DNA of 59,907 nt, the filler included, from Basidiobolus ranarum (taxonomy: Eukaryota), in NCBI GenBank assembly GCA_040143965.1. It is 3 parts of 3 records of this genome, joined end to end, with 100 filler letters (N's around TTAATTAATTAA, not from the genome) between each part and the next. Parts side by side here need not be neighbours in the genome. Positions count along the whole stretch, not along the records: positions 40,038 to 59,907 come from JASJQH010007116.1; 2 more parts are not named here. One strand, given 5' to 3'. This document shows, one piece after another, positions 49,801-59,907 of the stretch. Every line of letters starts with the position of its first letter. Position 1 is the stretch's first letter. The notes beneath the pieces were generated by a model, which had not been told where the DNA came from, did not search any database, and saw nothing but the letters and a program-made list of their open reading frames with translations. Position numbers and translations under genes: made by a program.

Positions 49801-51236
49801 ATGCATTCTTTAAGTCAAAATAATGGGAGCCAACAGCTTCAACAGTATCTACAACTAAACCAGGGTGGGTTCAAGAATTCCAGCTCTTTAGGTGGTTTAA
49901 ACCAGAGCAACTCGAATTCTGTTATGACCAAAAACCAATCCTCTTTAGCTTTGAATAGTGGTACCACAAACATACAAAGCTCAAATAACGCGTTGAATGA
50001 TTCATACTATGGCGTGAATAGCGTCGGAGGTGGCAACGGCAGTGGTACTTTACCAGTACAATATGGACAACAGCAAAGATACACAATGTTGGAAGAGGAG
50101 ACCATCTATTCCTTTATCCTGGATCTCTTTCATCCTGATGCTCGCGAGCAAGCTCTAACGCAGCTGGCGAAAAGACGCGAGACTTTTGAAGATCTCGCTG
50201 TGGTTTTATGGAATTCTTATGGTAAATCTAAACTGAAATATTATTTTTTTGTGAAACGTACTAAATATTCTTTTCGACCAAAATCAGGGGTTATGTCGAT
50301 TTTGCTCCAAGAGATTGTCAATGTGTATCCACTCCTTGACTCTGAACTCCCTTCTGCCATTTCGAACCGTGTTTGTAATTCACTCGCCCTTCTTCAGTGC
50401 GTCGCGAGTCACACTGAGACGAGATTACCTTTTCTTAGTAGTATGTGTTGAAATTAACCATTCACTTATTACAATTCTCTAACCTAATATATTGGACCCC
50501 ATAGCCCATTTCCCCTATTTTTTGTATCCCATGCTAAATACTACTGACAATGCCAAACCTTTCGAATATTTACGTCTTACTGCGTTAGGGGTTATTGGAG
50601 CGCTTGTCAAGGTACGTATTTATTTATACTTGGTATTCTACTTGCTCAATTATAAATACTTCTACATGGTATAGCAAGATTGCCCTGAGGTAGTCAGCTT
50701 TTTGTTGAACACCGAAATCATCCCAATCTGCCTTCGAATTATGAACCACGGGGCGGAGCTTTCAAAAACTGTAAGGTTTCAATGCTATTTGCTTATATAC
50801 TTCTTTAACTAAATCGAAATTACTTAAATCATTAGGTCGCTATTTTTATTTTGCAGAAGATTCTCCAAGATGACTATGGATTGTTGTATATTTGTCAGAC
50901 TTACGAACGCTTTTCTGCTGTTATTACAGTGCTTGAAAATATGGTCATGCATCTTACTGAGAGTCAATCAAGTCGGCTATTGAAACATGTTATACGCTGC
51001 TACCTTCGCCTAACCGAAAATCAAAGGTTTGCTACTTGCAGGTTACTTTAATTATTTATGTTGGACACTAACGCGTACTGATTGTGTTTAGAGCACGCGA
51101 GGCTCTTCGTGCTTGTTTACCCGTGCCTCTGCGTGATAATACCTTTGCTCCAATATTAAAGGACGATATAGTTGTTAAAAGAGCTCTTAATCAACTGCTA
51201 GTCTCGTTTTCTGAAGGTGGCATGTCTGCCAACTAG
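49801..51236 (+). CDS. CAF40: CCR4-NOT subunit Rcd1/Caf40/CNOT9, multi-exon
   Basis: [80 protein letters not shown]. Confidence 0.96.
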
Positions 51237-51836
51237 TTGTAGAGTCATAAGAGCCCATTATATCATATATACATTGCGCTGTTCCTAGCGCCCGGTTTCT
51301 TTGTATTTGTCTTTATTGTAATCTTAATTCCCCTTTTCTTGCTTGGATATTCTCTTGTAACGCTTCAATTGCCAACTCTCATATCATCTTTTTAAACTAT
51401 GACCAAGTGATATGCCATTGGATTCTGCTGTATTTGCATCAATTGCATGAAGGGAAAGTCAGTCCACCTTCGCTCATATTTTGTCAAAAAGAGCGCTGCT
51501 CAAAAGTCTTTATTTTTAACAATCTCCATATCACAACTTATCTGCTCATTTGTTACCTATTTCACTTTCCTTTGATACGCTTGAGATAATCTGATTAGAA
51601 TAGTGGGATTTAGTATACGTTTTTTTGGTGTTTTCGTTCAATGTGCATTAAAGTGTAAACAATTCGACATGAACCACACTGAATTGGGCGTATTTATAGT
51701 TCTTTTTAGTTATTTTCTATTGATTTTCTATTAATTTCCAACAAACAGCCGTCTAATAAGAAATATATTTGTAAGACTATAATTTACATAACCACAGCTA
51801 CAGGTACTTCGAGTGGAGTGATGGTCGCAACAATCT

Positions 51837-53530
51837 TTATAAACCACCTCCTAATCCCACACGACTTCTACCACGTACAATGGCCTCAACTGGGGTGGTT
51901 CTACCCGAAGATAAACCCTCTCCAGGGGACCATCCCATCTTCTGCAGCATTTGGTGACCGATGTTCGACTCCCCAATAGGTTCAGCAAACTGTCCCACCA
52001 CAGAGCCGATAGGTGGTATGGGTGAGTTAGGATTGTATACTCTAGAGGCTTTTGTTGGAGTAAAGACTTGATTTTTTGCATTTCCTTTACCATATCTCTC
52101 TTTCTTTGTCGATTCAAAAGGACTCTTGGCCTTTCGTGGAGTAGTGTTGGCACTTCTTAGGATTTGTCGAATTTTAGCAGGGTTTACTGGATCCATCGTA
52201 TACTTAGTACGATATAGTACTGGATATCTAACATGGTTTGTAGCTTAGAAAGGGTTCATTGACAAACAGTTAATGTAATATATATACCTTTTGTCTCCAG
52301 CACCCATGCTTTTGGATTTAAGGTTATATGCGTTAGCAAGAAGGTGTACAGCTTGTCGCTTATTTTTATCCATACACTCCAAGGGAATACTTGTCACACT
52401 AGAATCCTTCAAAAATTGAAGTATCAGCCCATTGATATGATACATATTAAATGGCTCCCATTTAGGATCATCTTCTTTCTGTTTCTCCTTCTTTTCTACA
52501 CGTTTCCCCTTTTGACTTGGATTTTTGCTTTTTACATTCGGTGCCTGCTTTGTGATAGTGATGGATCTTGAATTACGAGTGGTTTCTAAAATCAAATACT
52601 ATCAATAGTTGAACCATAGATCGATTATAGACATTCGAATATACCTCGAGTATTTTTACTTAATGAACTTCGGAAATCAGGAGTATCGCTTTCTTCTGAA
52701 TCAGAATGTATCAAGGGATCGGGTTCGCGCCAATTTAGTTGCTTTGGCAATGATTGGCTTGTATTAGAGGAGTTCTTTTTCTCTTTATTGACATGACTGT
52801 TGTCTTTGGTCATATTAGGTTGAGTTTGGTGCTTGACAAATGTTCCATTCACGATGTTGTATGATGTTGATTCTTTCTCCAACTCTAGCTGATTCTTTTT
52901 CGGTTGTGTTCGATTCCAATTGCTACTACCTCTTTCCGTTGAAGAGAAAGTTCCATTTAGGACTGATAGAAATCGTGCGTTTTCGTCGGGAAGTATTTTT
53001 TTTCCAACTTTCTTTTTACTGTTGGTAGGTTTGGAGACAAGAGAGCCCTCTAATGAATCTTTGCTTTGACTATTTTTAGCACCCTTGGTTGAGGTTTTTT
53101 TTGAAGTGACCAAACTCAGTTCTCTAATTTTCTTCCATAATTCTTCTTCCTCGTTATCTTCTGAACTATCGGAAAAAGTGTTCTTAAAGTCTACTACAAC
53201 ATTATCTTCAAAATCAATACTAGGGGAGGTTTGTACACTATGTGTAGGTAAAGCATCTACTTCAACTTCTTCAAACGAACTGATATCTTCGTTCGAACTT
53301 GCCTCCTAAAAGAGAAAATAGTAACAAACTTAATATCACCATTTTTCACCATACTATACTAGTATAGGACTTCCAACCTCACCAAATTCGAGTACTTCTT
53401 CGAAACATAGCCCAGTTTCTTCAGCTAGATACTGAGCTAATCGTTTTTCGCGCTCTCTAGTTGAATTGTCAGTATAAGCACTCTTTAGAGAGACTTTGGA
53501 CTTCCTGTTGCTTCCGTTTTCTTTCTTCAT
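51837..53530 (-). CDS. R3H + G-patch domain protein (Sqs1-like), multi-exon
   Basis: RQAVHLLANAYNLKSKSMG (R3H) and IGESNIGHQMLQKMGWSPGEGL...GLG (G-patch). N-terminal start approximate. Confidence 0.85.
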
Positions 53531-53738
53531 AAAATGTCTGACTATGGATAAAGCCAGTTTGATTGATTATGGTTCCCTTATGTTAGAAAATGATCCCTCC
53601 AATGGGTATGAATACCAAATCTACCTATCAGGGGTGATTGTAATTTCCAAGGTGTAGGTTTATTTGTATTTCATAATTTAATTCAGCTCAAATGCAATAA
53701 ATAAATAAACATTCCAATAGATCCAAAATTTATCCACC

Positions 53739-56228
53739 TCAGTATCCACAAGCCACTCCTTGCTTTCTAGGATCACTCACCGCTAAATAATTTGAAAACA
53801 ACAGAAATGAGTTCAATGTTTAAGTGATGATTAGTTCTAGGAATTTACCATGGATTGTTCCATCCGGTAATCTTCTAATGGCCTGTACTACAGCATGAAA
53901 GGGCATCGCCGTTACCTAGAAAGAGCAGTATTAGTAGCAGTTTTCGACTCATGATGGTATTAATCCCTCACGTTGTGTTGACGCTGACTCAGCTGATATA
54001 CAAGATCACTGGAGTATAGAGGCTCGTAAAATGCCACGTTAGGGTACAATTGGTGGTGCAAACGAGGATATTCTACAGCATCAGCTAAATTCATCTGAAA
54101 ATCAATAGCGTTCATCAGAATTTGCAATACAGCAGTGGTAATACGGCTACCACCGCTAGCACCCACAGCTAGCTCCAGTTTCCCATTATATTCGGTAATT
54201 GTAGGGACACTTGAAGAGAGTGGTCTTTTCTTGGGTTGTATGAAGTTATTCGGAGAGGGAGGTAGATCAAATGCATTGGATACCCCCGGAATTGAGAAAT
54301 CATCCATCTCGTTATTCAAAATTACTCCAGTATTTAAGTCCAAAACCTGAGAGCCAAAGTATAGGTTTACGGTGGAAGTAAGTGCCACACTCTGATTTTC
54401 TTCATCCACTACTGATAGATGGGTAGTGCCGGGGCTTTCCTCGACGTCAAATTTCGGTTTGTAATAGGAGATAGGAAAGGTCTGGCTATCGGATATATGG
54501 TGACGAATTGACGCAGCATGATCTTTACTGATAAGCTCAGCAACACGTGCCCTAATGTCGACAAAGGTAGGGTCACCAAGTTCGGTGCGTTGAGCATATC
54601 CAAATTTGAATGCCTCCACAATATGATGGGCGTGTAATGGAGTCAGACCGTCTTGATCAATTGGATAACCCTCAAGAATATTTAAAACAGATAGAAGCAC
54701 TGCGCCGGATGCTGGGGGAGGGGCAGTGAAAATTTTATGACCTCGATAATTACCCACTAATGGTGGCCGAATTAATGCTCGATAGCTTTTGAAATCTTCA
54801 AGCTCAACGATCCCGCCTGTTCTTTGGATTTCTTTCACTAATGATTGGGCTATTGGTCCTTCGTAAAAGGCATCTGCCCCTTCGTTAGCTACTATTTCCA
54901 GTGTATCTGCGAAAGTCTCTCGCTTCATGAAATCCCCTTCTTTCACAAATTCTCCATTAGGTGCAAAGACCGCTTTGAAGGACTCGGATTTGGAAATGTA
55001 AGGTTTCATTATCTTGAATAAAACTTCGGTCAGCAGAATATTTTACAAGACAAAAGTAGACTAGAGAAACAATAAACCTCAATACGCTTGGCCAGCTCGG
55101 ACGTAACACGAAATCCTTCTCTTGATAATTTGATTGAAGGCTCAAATAGTTTTTTCCAGGGTAGTCTCCCGTACCTACATCAAGAGAAGAGATGTAAATG
55201 GCTATTTAGCATCCAAGGTAAAAAACGTTCGATTACTTTCTGTGAGCTAGTTCAAATCCTCTCAATTCGCCACTACATAGTTAATTTAATTAATATTGGA
55301 AATCCGATTGAGCCTAAACACCACACTTACGGAACACCCACTGCGAGGCCACCCACTTGCGCTAGTAGTGGATCATTTTCGAACATATCTTTATGCGCTC
55401 TGCCCGGAGCTTCCTCACGAAAGTCGATCACTTCAGCTCCAGTTCCATTTCGGATCATCATGAAGCCACCACTATAATAAAGTATGATCTGTAAGTGATG
55501 CGAGGTTTCAACACAAGACCTGTGAAAACCGGTTACCCTCCAATGCCTAGGATAAATGCAAGATTTAGATTTCAAGACTATCAATGTTGGGTAGAGTCAA
55601 ACCTTACCTGATGAAAAACTGTTGATCACACCAATACACAAAGCACCTGCAATGGCCGCATCGACAGCATTACCTTGTTCCTTCAAAACTATGCGTACTA
55701 AGTGTTAATGTTAACTTATTTCAACTATTTCGAGGCTTGCTTACTTTCAACTCCAATCTGTGAACATGTTTTGTCATCGGCCGCAACTGCTCCATGTTGA
55801 GCTTCTATTAAGACAGCTTTATGGGGAAGTATTACTGACGCTTTTTACACCGAGATTTGTAGTTATGTATTAGGAACCAAAACCGGTCACGCGACACTGT
55901 ATTATTAAAAACTTACGAGACGAGCTCCTGAAAGAGTAAATAATGACACCGACACCGACAAGTAATAGGCCAATTACAAGAAATCTTCGACTTCTTGGGT
56001 TACTTCTTGGACTTTGAGCATGTGGTTCAGTGCTAATGGGTAAGAGTGGCTCCTAATGATTTACAAAAGGTATGAATGAAATATATCTTTGGAGTAGATA
56101 CAAGAATGTAAAATACCGTATGTCTTTCCAAATCACTCTGGTCTCTATGACCAGCCAGACTCCTTTAAAAAACGAGGATAAATTAGGAATTATATTTAAT
56201 AATTAATAAGGGATATTTTGGGTTACAT
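53739..56228 (-). CDS. Gamma-glutamyltranspeptidase (ECM38/CIS2-like), type II membrane protein, multi-exon
   Basis: HGAVAAD, GNAVDAAIA, IDFREEAP, GTTHLSVVD (Thr nucleophile), LNNEMDDFS, RPLSSS, GASGGSRI, PRLHHQL, SDPRK. Confidence 0.95.
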
Positions 56229-57406
56229 TTCTAGGTGAGAACAAGTTTGTGCTACTTGGTGTAAGAGAGATAATATATCCCTTGGTGTGTCCCAATAGTG
56301 ACACTGAGTTGTTTAGAAGCCACTCGAGCATGGTTTGTCATTTATAGTTGACTAACGGGTACCGGTGACAAGAAATTCCACCATCATAGTTGAATTTAAT
56401 AGGCAATCAGCACACCATTATGAAATGATCTAGATAGAACTTGATTGGGCTAACTGACTTTGACTCGAGATTACCACTCTAGTTCAAAAGCAACTATATC
56501 GCTCAGAGGCTGTAACACTTGTGATCACTACCTGAAACATCAAGTAACTTCATTCTAAAACTGGAATTCCGAAGTCCAACTTCGCCAAGAGGTACGTCAT
56601 ATGATCCCATAGCCAATTTAATCCATCTTCTGCGCTGTTTAGTGACATTTTCTTCTTTCGTAAGGCGCAATGCGTAATGCGTAACGCATAACACCAGACA
56701 CCCCAATCGCCTAAATTCACCACACAACATGGAGCAATCTAACCTTTGCAGTTGCTAAGGAATCCAGCTAAGGAGCCCAGCCATTGCCGAAAGTCTAAAT
56801 AAATTTAAGATTTCGTAAAAATTCCAAATAGGTTACACTGGCAGTAGATTCGGTCAATTCGGATATTAATATGCCTTCTTTAGGTGGAATAAGAACGGTT
56901 CAAACCTTCATACCCTCATAGCACGCGTGGGTAGAGCTCCTTTTCCCGATGATTCCGATAATCCTACCTTCATCGACCCTGGCACACACCTAGCGCACTA
57001 GATTTATATTGCTCAGAATAGCACTATAACATTCACTTCGTTCACGCCAGACTAATCCTGATTCACGATCAATCTGAAAAGTGGCTAAATTTGACAGAGC
57101 CCATACACAATGGGGCTAATTTAATGCTGTTCATCACTGGTACACTTCAGATATAGAGTATGCTATATTGGGCAGATCCTCATCGAAATGTCCTACCCTT
57201 CTCGATATGTACTTTCTGGCCCCTAGACCTCATCGCCTTCAGTTTATGCGAATATATTAGGCACTACTTTGCCCACCGAACAGCTCTGTTTATTTTGTCG
57301 CTTCATTCTTGGTTGTCGTTTTTTTGTTAGACAAATTTTCTTTCGCGTTTACGCTGGTAAACCTATTGTATATATATATATATACATATTATTTATTTAT
57401 AGTCTA

Positions 57407-59548
57407 ATGAACCCGGACAGTAACGAATATTCAGCTTCTTCAAAACGTAAAAGACTCACTCAAGCATGCGATTGTTGTCGCAAAATGAAAGTTCGCTGTG
57501 ACGCTATAAAGCCCTCCTGTAGTACCTGTTGTCGCTTGAATATTCCTTGTACTTTTTTAACAGGAAACAAACGTAGAGGCCCGCGACAAAACATGATGGA
57601 TGAATTTGGGTTCCTCTCCGGAGTGTCTGGAAATTTTCAACAAACTGTGTTGAAAATGGATGGGGGTAAAATTTTCGAGGTAACTTCTTCCCAGGTTGCT
57701 GAGGAGGCTAATGAGTTGGATATCGAGTCACCTCAGGACCAATTCTCTCAAAATTCACCAATGTCTTCTAAATGTTTGGAAAACTCCCCGCCGGTTAAAT
57801 CAGAAACACCTATTGACTTTAGTATACAGAAACCTACTTTCTTAGTCGAGAATTCACCAAGCGAGGTGAAAAGTCCTACATTCTTACCTCCAACAACTCA
57901 GTTGCAGGTGCCTTCCCATTTTTGTCTCCCTAGTCAATCCCCGCTTCTTTCAGATTCGACCGAGGAATTCCCGAACTCTGACCCTATTAGTCTTCTTATT
58001 TCTATCTTCTTTAATTACATTCATGTTCATATTCCAATCATACACAAATCAACTTTCATGAAAAATTACTTTGAAGGAAAGGTTGAAAATATTTTGCTGA
58101 GTAGTATATGCGCCCTTGCTTTAAGGTTTCAACCACAGAATAGTGAGGATTCTGTAGATCCAACACATGCCAGGTATTTTGAAGACAACATACTTTCTTG
58201 CTGTGAGAATACATCCATTGAGGTTCTTCAGGCGCTCCTATTGATGAGTACATACGAGATTTCTTATGGACGACAAAACCGATCCTGCGTTTATATAGGT
58301 ATGTTAATCGACTTGATAATCATAAACCTTTGCAGTAATAACAGTTTGTTCAATAGGCATGGCTACTAGGTTAGAAACCCAACATTTCCCTGTGCTCACA
58401 GAACCAGATTGTCAGAGTTTGCCATTTATCTGTTTGTATCTTCTAGGTTAAGTCAGATCATGAAAATTCACCGAATAGATGAATACTCCAATCCTCCAGA
58501 AAAATATGATTCTTCGGCATGGATCAATGTCGAAACAAAAAGAAGAGCTTGGTGGTATTGTTGTACCTTGGATCATATCCTTTCGGCAGAGGGGAAATAT
58601 CCAGTAGGAGTCGATGTTACTGCTTCTACTGTCTCGTTGCCAGTAGAAAGCTCAAACTGGGAGAGTGGAATACCAACGCATAATCAAACTCTCAAGTTAA
58701 GCAACGGTTTACCGTTGTTTCAAGCAGAGAATGATGTCGAACTCACTCCATTTTCTGCATTGGCCACTCTCTCAATCATTGTTGCTAGAGTAAACAAATT
58801 TTATGCTGAATGGGAATTCTTGAATTTCGATGAGAGACGTCAGGAGTTTGAGAGACTGGATGAGGCTATCAATAATTGGGAGTCAGCTTTGCCACCAAGT
58901 ATACGCTACGTGCCTATACAGGATGCTCAGCGGACTGAGGTTTTCTTATTTAATTCATTTCTATTCTCTATGGAGCAGGCCACCATCATCAAACTTAATG
59001 CTACGAGGATGCGTGTTCCAGGCCAAGAGATGGCTTATGATATCAAATCACCCTATTTTGGACAAGCTTTAAGAAATTCCTTTATTGCTGCCAAGCATAT
59101 TCTTTCCGTGGTCCACGAAATCAAAGATCAACCAAGTGTTCGTATTCACCCATTTTTTGGATTTTCAGTGTTTAGTGCTGCGACCTTCTATTTACATGGC
59201 GCCAGATCCAAGAACCCTGAACAATCCCAAAGATCGTTACTGTGCTTCAAATTCTTAGTCAAAGTATTGAGACAGCTTAACTCTTTCTGGAAAAACTGTG
59301 GAAATTATTGTAATTTCCTTTTAGAAACCCTGAAGATACTTAAGAAAGAGGTTGCTCAAACTGAATTTACCCGGATGAGTATTGGGAATCCATTGAGAGA
59401 TTTGACGGCCACTTCTGTTTCTCAACCCAGTTCCCCATTCAGTCCAAGATCCAACTCAACTCTATCAGAAAGGAATATTGATGAGGTAATTACCGAAGTT
59501 ATCGTTCAACGATATCCCTTTCAAAAACCACCTGAAAAGCAAGACTAA
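57407..59548 (+). CDS. Zn(II)2Cys6 transcription factor with fungal TF middle-homology domain
   Basis: ACDCCRKMKVRCDAIKPSCSTCCRLNIPC, PIIHKSTF, LQALLLM, ETKRRAWW; two introns flank a micro-exon near 58357-58369. Confidence 0.95.
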
Positions 59549-59907
59549 ATGCTTAGAACTCAATCATTTTTCCAAATCAAGTGGCAAATAGAGATCAAAA
59601 ACCGACACTTACATACCTCACTTTTAGTCTAGCCTTTCTAGACCATTTTTGGCTTACATAATTCTTTCGGATCTCATCAAGATTCACAACGTGTATATTA
59701 GTTTTGGTTCTCTCTTCAGAGGCTTAGTCACCGAAATTACCATGTAAATACATAATACCACTGTATATTTGATTCCAAGCAAGCTCTTTATTTCAATGTT
59801 GGAAATGGCATAAAATCCATTGGATATCCAACCAAGATCTTACGAGAATTGGCTGCTCAAAGCTGGATACTCTAACGAGTACCTCAATCTATTGTTCATT
59901 TGACAAT

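Noticed and set aside
56665-56692. Repeated TGCGTAA-like words between the GGT and Zn2Cys6 genes
   Set aside because: Could be bZIP sites, but too short and degenerate to support.
1-59907. tRNA, rRNA or snoRNA genes
   Set aside because: None recognised by eye; tRNAscan-SE and Infernal would be needed to exclude them, especially in the CHD1 intron.

Overview
Gene-dense, AT-rich eukaryotic DNA with short (mostly 50-90 nt) GT-AG introns. It is from a fungus, most consistent with an early-diverging lineage such as Basidiobolus/Zoopagomycota (inference). Two 100-nt N spacers containing TTAATTAATTAA (19927-20026, 39938-40037) join three ~19.9-kb contigs, so synteny across them is not meaningful. 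Contig 1 holds Ty1/copia debris, an amino-acid transporter, a DUSP lacking its catalytic Arg, a GPI-type chitin deacetylase, cytochrome c, Ras, a class-3 lipase, a bacterial-type GH46 chitosanase, a MAPEG protein, Atx1 and a CpG-depleted GT31 glycosyltransferase. Contig 2 holds two tandem 10-Cys secreted paralogs, an Fe-S L-serine dehydratase, a PA-domain subtilisin, a 3x8-Cys-repeat membrane protein, a small GPI protein, kinase and lipase pseudogenes, and LINE/copia relics. Contig 3 holds SAH1 (partial), a 7TM GPCR-like gene, CHD1, RCD1/CAF40, an R3H/G-patch protein, gamma-glutamyltranspeptidase and a Zn2Cys6 factor. The top candidates for new biology are (i) a long CHD1 first intron with a stop-containing cassette exon enclosed by an 18-nt long-range stem and (ii) clustered ATCWGATAA (SreA/Fep1-type) sites upstream of uncharacterised Cys-rich surface proteins.
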